Assembly (NCBI RefSeq): GCF_004010195.1
Contig: NC_057753.1
Location: 10,760,135 to 10,811,803, forward strand
From: Chiloscyllium plagiosum
Lineage: Eukaryota
Reading direction: 5' to 3'
Length of the DNA stretch: 51,669 nucleotides
Part shown: piece by piece, positions 35,331 through 47,184 of the stretch
Layout of the letters: the number at the start of each line of letters is the position of its first letter
Position numbering within the stretch: position 1 is the stretch's first letter
The notes under the pieces: generated by a model
The model's input: the letters and a program-made list of their open reading frames with translations, nothing else
Database searches by the model: none
Told to the model about the DNA's origin: nothing
Made by a program: the position numbers and the translations under genes

Positions 35331-36820
35331 GCTGGTAAATACCTTTACCTGGGTTGTGTTTTTGACAAAACATACAATTTGCTGCAGCTTTTTGAGAAAA
35401 AGATTAGAAAATCTGATTCCACCAGGTATGCAGTAATCTATCCACCATTCCCTCCTTCACAACATGTGTTCGAGTACATACATAATCAACCAAAATAGGC
35501 AATAAAGAATTAGGTAAACAAGTTTGACCCTGTGGAATAATCCACACGTTATTGTAAGTATTTATAGAATAAGCAGCGAGAGGAAGTGGCCAGTACAATG
35601 GCATTTAAAGGCACCTGGATGGGTATGTGAATAGGAAGGGTTTAGAGGGAAATGGACCAAATGCTGGTAAATGAAACTAGATTTATATTGGATGTTTTGT
35701 CGGCATGGATGTGTTGGACCAAAAAGTCACTTTCTGTGCTGTATGTCTTGATGCCTATTTGATAGCAGATGATTTATTTCTATTGATATAAATATTGTTA
35801 TAAATCATAGCTGGGTACTAATGTCAAAGTCTTCCTGAGAGCTCCTGTGGGTAAGGGATGACTTTCTACTGGAGTCTACTCAACCTTCGCTGGTTCTTTC
35901 TCTGAGATTGTTCAATGCCTGGAATAAAACTCTTACAAGCATTCCATTAAAGGTTTTAGTACATTTATTTAGACATTTACATTTAAATAGAGTATCACAG
36001 TTCCAGAGTAACAAAACACTAAATCCTAGTCTAAAGCCTCAGCAGAGTAGCAGTACTGGCACTCACCAACCTAGTGCTCTCTCGGATTACTCCAAAGTGG
36101 CACTCAGTATTCTTTAGTACTTATACAGTTTTTAACCAATCATCATGTCAATCAAACATTTGCTGATGAACATGATGCCCTCACCACATTCCTGCTGTGT
36201 TTATGATAAACTTATGTTAGTCTTTTGCTGACTGTGATCATTTAATCCCATTACTGACTTTGTTATCCAGAGTAGCGATAATGAAAAACTGCTCTGACTT
36301 GGGCAATGACATTAATTGCTGATATCCTCTGAAGTTTGGTCACATACTCATCACCTCATGTCCTTACCTAAACCTGATTATTGACTGCCTTTTCTTGTCT
36401 TAAACCCATTCCTCATCATTTTCCATCTCATGTGCTTGGTCAGTAAACTCTTTATCCAAACCGCTATTGTCTTTTCTCATGTGTACTTTAAGTTTGAAGC
36501 GATCTGTCAATATGTTCCTTTCCACTGCAGTTTCTGTTCCGCCTTGATAACTAATTTTAAGTTTTGCAGCTATCTAAACTTGTTTTTGCACTTTGGTATT
36601 TTTAATTCTATGCCAACCCTCTATCTTTACCTAGCTTCGCATTTGACTTGAATTCCACATACTGCCTCGATATTCAGGATGCAATCCTCGTCATCCTGAA
36701 GCCATGTCTCTATATGGAGTCTCAGATCACAATTTTTCTCTTCAGTGTGTGCAGTCAATTCATTCAATTTTCTTACAACGCAGGACACATTTAGACACCA
36801 TTTTTAGTTTCAATTTTTGT

Positions 36821-37135
36821 GATTAGATTAGATTTCTTACAGTGTGGAAACAGGCCCTTCGGCCCAACAAGTCCACACCGCCCCGCCGAAGCGAAACCCA
36901 CCCATACCCCTACATTTACCCCTTACCTAACACTACGGGCAATTTAGCATGGCCAATTCACCTGAACCGCACATCTTTAGACAGTGGGAGGAAACCGGAG
37001 CACCCGGAGGAAACCCACGCAGACACGGGGAGAACGTGCAAACTCCACACAGTCAGTCGCCTGAGTCGGGAATTGAACCTGGGTCTCTGGCGCTGTGAGG
37101 CAGCAGTGCTAACCACTGTGCCACCGTGCCGCCCC
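36821..37135 (-). mobile_element. Full-length HE1 SINE
   Basis: tRNA-derived head (A box tggcacagtgg, B box ggttcaattcc), V-SINE core, HER1-like tail and aatct repeats. Absent from the paralogous block at about 25760. Confidence 0.93.
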
Positions 37136-37718
37136 AAGTCTTCTGAGTGCAGTTTTGACTGCTGGTACATATATTCTCCTTGTCCCTTTCTATCATTCTC
37201 TGATGTTCCTCTGTCACATCACAACATTGCTCACAGGCCTCAATTTGGATTGGCCATGCTAAATTGCCAATAGTGTCCAGGGATGCACAAGTTAGGTGGG
37301 TTAGCCATGGAAATTGCAGGGTTATAGTTTCATCATAGTAGAAGCAGAAGCAGGCCATTTGGCCTGAGGAGCCTGCTCTGCCATTCATTAAGATCATGGC
37401 TGATCTATCCATCTCAGCTCCTCCTACTTGCATTATCCCAACTACTTTTAATTCCCCTACCATGCAAAGATGCATTCAACTGTGTCTTGAATGTACTCAA
37501 TGAAGCTGCCTCTACTGCTTCCTTAGATGGAGAATTCCATAGATTTACTACTCTCGGGAAAAAGGAGTTCCTCCTCATCTCTGTCCTAAATCTCCTCCCC
37601 TAATCCTGAGGCAATGTCTCCTAATCCTCATCTCAGCCATCAGCAGAAACCGTGTGTGTGTGTGTTTTGGGTGGCATGATCGTCAGAGGGGTCAGTGTGG
37701 ACTTGATAGGCTGAATGG

Positions 37719-37846
37719 AGGAGAAAGTAAGGACTGCAGATGCTGGAGATCAGAGCTGAAAATATGTTGCTGGAAAAGCACAGCAGGTCAGGCAGCATCC
37801 AAGGAACAGGAGAATCGACGTTTCGGGCATAAGCCCTTCTTCAGGC
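37719..37846 (-). mobile_element. Young family A short element with an 11-bp target-site duplication and intact hammerhead core
   Basis: aggctgaatgg occurs at 37708-37718 and 37843-37853. The minus strand reads ctgaaga-agggcttatgccc-gaaac-gtc-gatt. Confidence 0.85.
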
Positions 37847-38439
37847 TGAATGGCCTACTTCCACACAGTACATCTATTATTTACCACAGGTGTGTTTGCT
37901 CCTGATCACAAAACCCAGAACCTCTCACCTGCAAATTGAAAGATCAGTCCCACCCTACTCTCAGGTAAGTGTTATCTAACTGCTTAATCATTTCTTGTGA
38001 ATACAGCCAACAACTCCTGCTGCTGCCAATAAACTTTACAATGCTGATGAAATACCTGCAGTACAGAAAACCATAAAAGCTTCTAATGATACCAGTTACT
38101 GATTCACCATTCGTTCTGATGCACAGCAATGGAAATACAATGTTGGAGGCTGAAAGAAATGAGCAGTTTAAAATGAAAACCCACCTAACCCTTCATTAGG
38201 CTCCCCGCTCAGCACACTTTACTTCCTGCCGGTAAACTTTAAAGCACTTCAACCCACAGCGCAATGAATTCCCACTTTCCACCAAAATCCTGGATGTATT
38301 CACTCACCCAGTTGCTGTCTCACAAATGAAAGATTTCATTGTAACTTCTTCTGCTCCCAGTAAGGGGAAAACATCTTTGAAAGCTGCTCTGAAAGTCCAG
38401 CTTTCACAATGACATTTCTGCTTTCACCAATAACTATTA

Positions 38440-39260
38440 GAGTTCTACAGCGGAAACAGACACCTTTGTCCAATTCATCCATGCCGACCAGATATCACAA
38501 ATTTATCTAGTCCCATTTTAAGCATTTGGCCCACACCCCTCTAAATCCTTCCTACTATTATACCCATCCAGATGCCTTTTAAATGCTGTAATTGTACTAC
38601 CCTCAACCACTTCCTCTGACAGCTCATTCGATAAATGCACCACTCTCTGCATGAACAAGTTGCCCCTCAGGTGCCTTTAAAATTGTCCCCCTCTCACCTC
38701 AAACTTCTGACCACTACCTTTGGACTCTGATATCTGGGGGAAAAGACCTTGGCTATTCACCCGATCCATGCCCTTATGAATTTCTGTCAGGTCTCCTCTC
38801 AGCCTCCAATGCTCCAGGGAAAACAGTCCTAGCATATTCAGCCTTGCTCTGTAGATCAAACACTCCAACTCTGGCAAGAACATTGTAAATATTTTCCAAA
38901 CCCTTTCACAACATCTGTCCTAAAGCAGGGAGATCAGAACTGAGTGCGGTACTCCAAAAGTGGCTTAACCAATGTCCTGTACAGCCGCAACATGACCTCC
39001 CAACTTCTCTACTCAATGTTCTGATCAATAAAAGAAAGCATACCAAACGCCTACTTCACTATCCGATCTACTTGCAACTACACTTTCAGGGAACTATGAA
39101 CCTGCACCCCAAGGTCTTTTTTTTCAGCAACACTCCCCATGACCTTACCATTAAGTGTATAAGTCCTGCCCTGATTTGCCTTATCAAAATGCAACACCTC
39201 ACATTCATCTAAATTAAACTCCATCTGCCATTCTGTGGCCCATCAGCCCATCTGATCAAT
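38440..39260 (-). mobile_element. CR1/HER1 LINE 3' fragment
   Basis: RARLNMLGLFSLEHWRLRGDL and 3' UTR. Confidence 0.85.
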
Positions 39261-39702
39261 TCTAATTTGTATTGAATCTTCCTCTCTCATTCTCTAAAAG
39301 CTGAAAATCTCTATCTCACACACTTTCCCTCCATTTTCACTTTGCTGAACCTAATCCCTTGCTGTACCTCATCCTGAAGGGTCCTAGTTCATGTTAATTA
39401 ACAGGCCCACACTCAGGGGATTCTCAGTGAAACACACTGAATACTAAATGGTCTGAATAGAGTGAACATTGGGAGGATGTTGCCATTGGTAGGAGAGACA
39501 AGGACCCGAGGGCAAAACCTTAAAGGAAAGGGAAGACTTTTTGAAACGGAGATAAGGAGAAACTTCTTCCGCCAGAGAGTGGCGAATCAATGGAATTCAC
39601 TGCCACAGAAGATAAGATGACTGAATATATTTAAGACTGAGATAGATAGGTTCTTGAGCGTCAAGAGGAGTGAGGGTTAAGGGGAAATGGAATAATAGGG
39701 TA

Positions 39703-39990
39703 GAGCGGCATGGTGTGGTTAGCACTGTTGCCTCACAGCGCCAGAGACCCGGGTTCAATTCCCGCCTCAGGCGACTCCGGGTGCTCTGGTTTCCTCCCAC
39801 AGTCCAAAAATGTGCAGGCTAGGTGAATTGGCTATGCTAAATTGCCCGTAGTGTTAAGTATAGGGGTAAATGTAGGGGCATGGGTGGGTTGCGCTTTGGC
39901 GGGTCGGTGTGGACTAGTTGGGGTCGGTGTGGACTAGTTGGGCCGAAGGGCCTGTTTCCACACTGTAATGTAATCTAATCTAATCTAAAG
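39703..39990 (+). mobile_element. HE1 SINE with an internal deletion and a 20-bp tandem duplication
   Basis: ggttagcactgttgcctcacagcgccagagacccgggttcaattccc; gggtcggtgtggactagttg occurs twice at 39901-39941; aatct tail. Confidence 0.9.
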
Positions 39991-40804
39991 AAACCTATCA
40001 GCCAGGATTGATTGGTGGACGAAACCTAATAGTCTCTTGCTGTCCTAGATACAGTGTGACAATTGGGATCAGGAGTAGGCCATTTAGTCTTTCGAGCCTG
40101 CACCAGCATTAGGCAGATCATAATTGGATATACTTATACCAACATCTAGGTGGATAGGCTGGGACTTTTTTCACTGGAGCATAGGAGGTTGAGAGGTGAT
40201 CTTATAGAAGTTTATAATATCATGAAGGGTACAGATGAGGTGAATGGCAGGTGTCCTTTCCCTAGGGTGGGGGTTTGAAGATTAGGGAGCAAACCTTTTA
40301 AGGTGAGGTGGAGAAAGATTTTAAAAAGCCACGAGGGGCACTTTTTTGTTTTTACAGAGAGTGATGTGTGTGTGGAATGAATGTCCAGAGGAAGTGGTGG
40401 ATGCAGGTACAGTTACAATGTTTAAAAGACATTTGGATTAGTGCATAAATAGGGAAGGTGTGGAGGAGTAACGAGCAAACACTGGCAGGTGGGACAGGTT
40501 TAGTTTGAGAACATAGTCAACATGGACTAGTTAGTCTGAAGAATCTGTTTCTGTGCTGTATAACTCTGTAACTGTTCTGTACATGTCTTAAAACCATTGT
40601 CTTACCTTCCCCCATAACCATCCACTTTGTTGTTCAAAAATCAGATGAACTCAGCCTTGGATATATTCAATGACCCCCTAACTGCAGGGAAACATCCCCA
40701 CTTCTGAGCTCAACACCTCTTGCTGATTGCTTGCTGCACCTGTCTGACAACTGGCATTGACTGGTGTAGAAGGACGCTGAGGTGCCTTTGTACATCCACA
40801 TGCT

Positions 40805-40935
40805 ATTCCTGATGAAGGGTCCATGCCCAAAACATTTACCTTCCTGCTCCTCAATCGCTGCCTGACCTGCTGCGCTTTTGCAGCGCCTAACTTTTCGGCT
40901 CCGATCTCCAACATCTGCAGTCCTCACTTTCTCCA
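40805..40935 (+). mobile_element. Degenerate family A short element
   Basis: attcctgatgaagggtccatgcccaaaac...ctgcagtcctcactttctcc. Confidence 0.78.
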
Positions 40936-41029
40936 TATCCCAATTTAAACAATGCACCTGCTTTTTTTTCCCCACAGTAACCGCTTTAACTTCACATCGT
41001 GATATTGCGTTTGCCAATTGAGACAGACC

Positions 41030-41420
41030 TGGACCAACTTTTCCTAAGTCTGTCCCCTCCCTGGATGCACTCCCTTTCCTCCAAGTTGCTGCAAATCAAC
41101 AACTGAACCGCAGAATGAAAAAATAAGAAATGGAAAAGGGGGTGAGAAAAGAGAGTGCCATTCTCACAGATGTTGGGCAGAGGACAGCAGTTGCAGTCTG
41201 AGGAGAAGGTCAATCTTCATTCAGAGAGAGAGAGAGAGGAGCAGCTGAAACCTCAGAAATTCGTGGTCCAACCTCCGCCTTCTGACAAGGGGCGGGCTGT
41301 GATTGGCAGGAGGTCAAGACTCTTTCCGGTCCTCCAGGGCTTGCCATTGGTCCAGCAAAGGAAGGTCACGCGCCGTTTCTGAGGCCAGCGAGAAGCCTGC
41401 GCAGAGTTTTCCTGATACCG
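41030..41420 (-). promoter_or_regulatory. Second copy of promoter module B
   Basis: Colinear with 30900-31260; retains gattgg, ttccggt, cattgg, a GC box ggggcggg and a donor-like GTGAGA. Confidence 0.55.
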
Positions 41421-43020
41421 AACATGCGTAAAATACTCTGTGAAATTGCTGGTGTTACTGACGGAATTTGTGTCCAAACCGCAAGAGATGGAAAAGAGGC
41501 TGCAGCGACATTTTATTACTTTTGCATTTTGTCTGGCTACTCAATTATTGCATAAAGCCAAAGTACAGAGGGATCTGGGAGTGCCGGTCGAGGATTCTCC
41601 ATAGGTAAACATGCAGGTTGAGTTTGTGAATAAGAAAGCGAATGCAATGTTGTCATTTATCTCAAGAGGGTTGGAATATAAAAGCACCGTTGTGCTACTG
41701 AGACTTTATAAAGCTGTGGTTAGAGTCAGAGAGATGTCCAGCATGGAAACAGACCCTTCAGTCCAACTCATCCATGCCAAACCCATTTAATATTTTGTAA
41801 ATTTCTACTTTGGAAATAGAACTAGTCTGACTTAAGATTGGGATAAGACAGACTCGAACCTCACACCTTTAGTGCATTGTCTGAACTGAGAGGTTGCTTT
41901 TTTTCCTTAAAACTTAAGCTACTTTAAGAATGTGATTTAAAAGAAGTTCTGAGATGTACATATTAATGAACCGAAATCTACATCTCACTCTAAAAGACGA
42001 AAGACTTAACAGCAATCTAGGTTTGTTCAATATATCATTTTGGTTCCATGACACTGTAATCTTTTGCTATAAATTCTGTGTCTTATGATCCTGCTCCACA
42101 AATACCCAATGAAGGAGCAAAGCTAGTACTTCCAAATAAACCTGTTGGCCTATAAACTGGTGTTATGTGATTTTTAGTCTTTATTTCTAGTGAATACAGC
42201 TCACACCTCCACTGTTGCCAGTAAACCTTGCAATGCCGATGAAATTATGAACCAGCATTCCTGAAAGATTTACCATTTCTAATGATACTAGCTGCTCATT
42301 CATTGCTCCTTCTGATACACAACATTGGAAACTTCGTGCTGGAGGCTGAAAGAAACGAGCAGCTTTAAAACAAAACCCTGTTAGATCTCACAGCTTTCAA
42401 TGAGAGTCTGAGTCAGACAGGAAATTCAGGTGACCTTTACTGCGACCCAACTTTGTTACAGCTTCAGATCCCCCCAGCAAAAAGGTGCATGAAAAGTAGT
42501 TTTTTTTTTAAGCAGGTCAAGGTCAGCGCATACATTCCACACCCCTACCGCCCAGCCCACCTGCTTTACAAGTGGTTAACACTGAGTTGTCCCTTTATAA
42601 TTTGATCCTCGGTACAGCCTTAACCCATAGGAAATATTGTCTCACTCTCAGCAATCTCAACCTACACACTGTATTCAAGTAAGTTTCTCCTTGCTCATCT
42701 ATTGAGTGATGGGGGCTGCTGTGCATCCGGAGACTCGTGTAGGCCAATATCAGGTAATGGATGCAGCTGGGACAACTGAGTGAATCCTGCCCTGCCAGGT
42801 CAGTTTCTTTCCCTAAAAAGGACATGAGTGAATCAGACGGAAGACTTTTTTTCCCTGAAAATGGTTCCATCACTAGATTCTGAACTCCAGATTTCTGACC
42901 AAATTCCAATTCCACCATCTGCTGCGGCAAGATTTTAAACCTGGGAGTCCCAGAACTGAGTTGATAGTCCAGTCAAAAATGGCACTCGGCCTTCACTCCT
43001 TCAGTCTTGGGAGTGGGGGT

Positions 43021-43320
43021 CTGCAAAGAAAAAGGAAAGAAAATAGCCTGGAGAATAATAAAAAGGGGAACCAAAAACAATGAACATAAAAAAGAGACAT
43101 GGGAAAGGAAGGGAGACTAAAAAGAGACAGGAATAAAAAGGCGAAGAGATGGTGGAGACAAAAACCTGGGGGGGGAGTTGTTCTGCAGCGAGATGAAGGG
43201 TGAAAAAGAGAGGACATGAGAAAGAAAAAAACAAAAACTAAAAGATAAACAAGGAAGAAAAGAATGGGAAAGAACAGAGACAATAAGGTTAAAGTCAGAA
43301 ATGCAAAAGAAAGAGACAGG
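43021..43320. repeat. Purine-rich (A/G) low-complexity tract
   Basis: About 300 bp, strongly A/G-rich on the plus strand. Confidence 0.8.
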
Positions 43321-44319
43321 CAGGCAGGCACACAAATCTGCGCTCAAATCTCAGTTCATCCAGTCAGCCCCTTCTCCCTAGGGCATACCTCCCCCCAGGT
43401 TGGGAGGCATCTTCATGAGCTGAGAGGGGGCAAGGAGGTGGTGAGAGAGAAAGCAACAGCTCAATAGTTTAGTCCAAATTGTCTGTCGGTTCCTCTCCTC
43501 CCTCGCCCATCTCCTCACCTCACACATAGGCTCCAGATTTAAAATCCATACAGACACAAAGCTGCAATTTCAAACCAGCAGCAGCAATTCATTTAAACAA
43601 CAGAACACAGGCTTCTGCACCCAATGGACACAAATTTATTTCTCGAGGAAACACAGGATTTTCACACAAATCAATGTAACATGTGAGTAGGACTGAAACA
43701 AACAAGTCAGCAAGTTTACTTTTAATAAGTGTTTGAGAATTCTGCCAATGAAACAATCAAGTTTACAAATGATAATTATACAGATTTGTTGTATAAAGTA
43801 ATATATGCTTATTAAACAGAATAACCCCGATCATATGCAGAGTGACATTGTCTGTGCTTATCACTGTGTTTGCAAAAGTCTGATTCTGTGTCTCACTGTC
43901 TGTATTGTGCTTTTGTCTCTGTGTTAATGTCTTTTTTTGTGCTGGTGACCAGCTCTGCAAGCAACGGAACACAGTTTACCTTGGAGGGAAATTTGAGTGT
44001 GTCTGTGTATGAATGACAAATTCTGTCTGCAATGGAAGCATGTGTCTGATAGTCTCTTTATGGCTGTGTGTGAAGGTGATTTTGTACCTCCGTGTGTCCA
44101 TGTGTTTGTGTGCCCAGCTGTGCCTGCAATGGGACACACTTTGATTAATCACATTTTAATTCATTCTTTCAAAGTCAGAATTTCACTCTCTGACAAGTAA
44201 TGCCACCTTCTGCTGGCTGACACACTTAACATCACAAGAGCCACTTTTTCCTGTTCCACTGCATCTACTTCTTGGTCCTTGTGGGTTTTGGGGGTGTGTG
44301 GGGGGAGGGAGGGGAGGGG

Positions 44320-44536
44320 AGGACTTGCAGCCAGGTGTGAACTTGCTTGTGTCTCAGAGAGTGGGAAGACTGACTAAATCTTTCTCATAGACGGAGCAGG
44401 TAGCAGCTCCTCACCCGTGTGCACTTACTGGTGTTTCAGAAAGTTTTTTGAATAGACAAATAGTTTCCAACACACAGAGCAGGAGAATGGCCTCTCCCCA
44501 GTTTGAGCATATTAATGCATCAGCATTATACATCTG
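44320..44536 (-). pseudogene. Degenerate C2H2 ZNF remnant (fourth copy, 3' part)
   Basis: Minus strand ctggggagaggccattctcctgctctgtgtgttggaaac (GERPFSCSVC) and gtgcacacgggtgagg (VHTGE). Confidence 0.7.
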
Positions 44537-46915
44537 CATAGAACAAAGAACATAGGACATTACAACGCAGTACAGGCCCTTCGGCCCTCGATGTTGCCCT
44601 GTCATGCCAATCTGAAGCCCATCTAACCTACACTATTCCATGTACATCCATATGCTTGTCCAATGATGACTTAAATGTACTTAAAGTTGCCAAATCTACT
44701 ACCGTTGCAGGCAAAGCATTCTCTCAGAGTAAAGAAACTACCTCTGACATCTGTCCTATATCTATCACCCCTCAATTTAAAGCTATGCCCCCTCGTGCTC
44801 GCCATCACCATACTTTGAAAAAGGCTCTCCCTGTCCACCCTATCTAACCCTCTGATTATTTTATATGTCTCTATTAAGTCATCTCTCAACCTTCTCTAAT
44901 GAAAACAGCCTCAATTCCCTCCGCCTTTCCTCATAAGACCTTCCCTCCATACCAGGCAATATCCTAGTAAATCTCCTCTGCACCCTTTCCAAAGCTTCCA
45001 CATCCTTCTTATAATGCGGTGACCAGAACTGTACACAATACTCCAAGTGCAGCCGCACCAGAGTTTTGTACAGCTGCAGCATAACCTCATGGTTCTGGAA
45101 CTCAATCCCTCTATTAATAAAAGCTAAAACACTGTATGCCTTCTTAACAACCCTGTCAACCTGGGTGGCAACTTTCAAGGATCTGTGTACATGGACACCG
45201 AGATCCCTCTGCTCATCTACACTACCAAGAATCTTACCATTAGCCCAGTACTTTGCATTCCGGTTATTCCGACCAAAGTGAATCACCTCACACTTGTCCG
45301 CATTAAACTCCATTTGCCACCTCTCAGCCCAGCTCTGCAGCTTATCTATGTCTCTCTGTAACCTACAACATCCTTCGTTACTATCCACAACTCCACCAAC
45401 CTTAGTGTCGTATGCAAATTTACTAACCCACCCTTCTACGCCCTCATCCAGGTCGTTGATAAAAATGACGAACAGCAGTGTACCCAAAACCAACCCTTGT
45501 GGTACACCACTGGACTCCAGAAAGACCATTTCCCATCAACCACCACCCTCTGTCTTCTTTCAGCAAGCCAATCCCATTCCTCCGCATTTTGTACAATAGC
45601 CTACTGTGGGGAACCTTATCAAATGCCTTGCTGAAATCCATATACACTAAATCAACCCATTTACTCAAATCTGCCTGTTTGGTCACCTTCTCAAAGAACT
45701 CAATAAGGTTTATGAGGCACGACCTTCCCTTCACAAAACCGTGCTGACTATCCCTAATCAAATTATTCTTTTCTAGATGATTATAAATCCTATCTCTTAT
45801 AACCTTTTCTAACACTTTACCAACAACTGAAGTAAGGCTCACCGCTCTATAATTACCAGGGTTGTCTCTACTTCCCTTCTTGAACAGGGGAACCACTTTT
45901 GCTATCCTCCAGTCTTCTGGCACTATTCCTGTAGACAATGATGATTTAAAGATCAATGCCAAAGGCTCGGCAATCTCCTCCCTGGCTTCCCAGAGGATCC
46001 TAGGATAAATCCCATCCGGCCCAGGGGACTTATCCATTTTCACACACTGCAGGATTTCTAATACCTCTTCCTTGTTAACCTCAATCCCACCCAGTCTAGT
46101 AGCCTGTATCTCAGTAATCTTCTCGACAACATTGTTGTTTTCTAGAGTGAATACTGTTGAAAAATATTCATTTATGTTTCCCCTTATCTCCTCTGACTTC
46201 CCACTACTATCCTTGATTGGCCCTAATCTTACTCTCGTAATTCTTTTATTCCTTAAATACCTATTGAGAGCCTTAGGGTTTGCCCTGATCCTATCCACCA
46301 ACAACTTCTCATGTCTCCTCCTGGCTCTCCTGAGCTCTCTTTAGATCTTTCCTGGCTACCTTGTAACCCTCAAGTGCCCTAACATCTCATCCTAACATAA
46401 GCCTTCTTCTTCCTCTTGACTAGAAATTACTCTTCTTTCATAAACCACGGCTCCTGCGCTCTACAGCTTCCTCCCTGCCTGACAGGTACATACTTATCTA
46501 GGACACACAGGAGCTTTTCCTTGAATAAACTCCACACTTCTAATGTGCCCATCCCTTGCAGTTTCCTTCCTCATCCTATGCTTCCAAAATCTTGCCTAAT
46601 CACATCGTAATTGCCTTTTCTCCCAGCTGTAACTCTTGCCCAGGGCTATACACCTATCCCTTTCTATTACTAAAGTAAACATAACAGAATTGTGATCACT
46701 ATCACCAAAGTGCTCACCTACTTCCAAGTCTAACACCTGGCCAGGCTCATTACCCAGTACCAAATCTAATGTGGCTTCGCTCCTTGTTGGCCTGTCTACA
46801 TATTGTGTCAGGAAGCCCTCCTGCACACACTGTACAAAAACTGACCCATCTATAGTACTCGTACTATAGTCTTCCAGTCACTATTTGGAAAGTTGAAGTC
46901 CCCCATGACAACTCT
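44537..46915 (-). mobile_element. CR1 LINE ORF2 fragment, 2.4 kb, relatively young
   Basis: Long ORFs: LDLVLGNEPGQV...GDSDHN, KSPGPDGIYPR, QHGFVKGRSCL, YMDFSKAFDKVPH, GVPQG and LEYCVQFWSP. Confidence 0.95.
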
Positions 46916-46944
46916 CTCTCTCACTCCTATTGAGAATCATTTAA

Positions 46945-47180
46945 AACTTTTCTCAGTGTGAACCAGTTGATGTACCCAGAGGTTGATAATAGAGAATGCT
47001 TTCTCACACTCAGAGTAGGAGAATGGCCAACCCCAGTGTGAACTCGCTGGTGTGTGTCAGCAGGTAGGATGAGTCACTGAGTGCATTCATGTTTCTCAAG
47101 GTCAGGTAAATGAGTGAATCCCTTTCCACAAACAGAGCAAATGAATGCCCTCTCCCCAGTGTGACTGCATCAAAGAGTTT
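46945..47180 (-). pseudogene. Degenerate C2H2 ZNF remnant (fourth copy, more 5' part)
   Basis: Minus strand cacactggggagagggcattcatttgctctgtttgtggaaagggattcact (HTGERAFICSVCGKGFT) and caccagcgagttcacactggg (HQRVHTG). Confidence 0.8.
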
Positions 47181-47184
47181 CCAG

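Noticed and set aside
37060..37135. tRNA gene
   Set aside because: The A/B boxes belong to the tRNA-derived head of an HE1 SINE; the same applies at about 39705.
42993..43347. Hydrophobic Phe/Leu-rich 'membrane protein' ORFs
   Set aside because: Artefact of the low-complexity pyrimidine strand.
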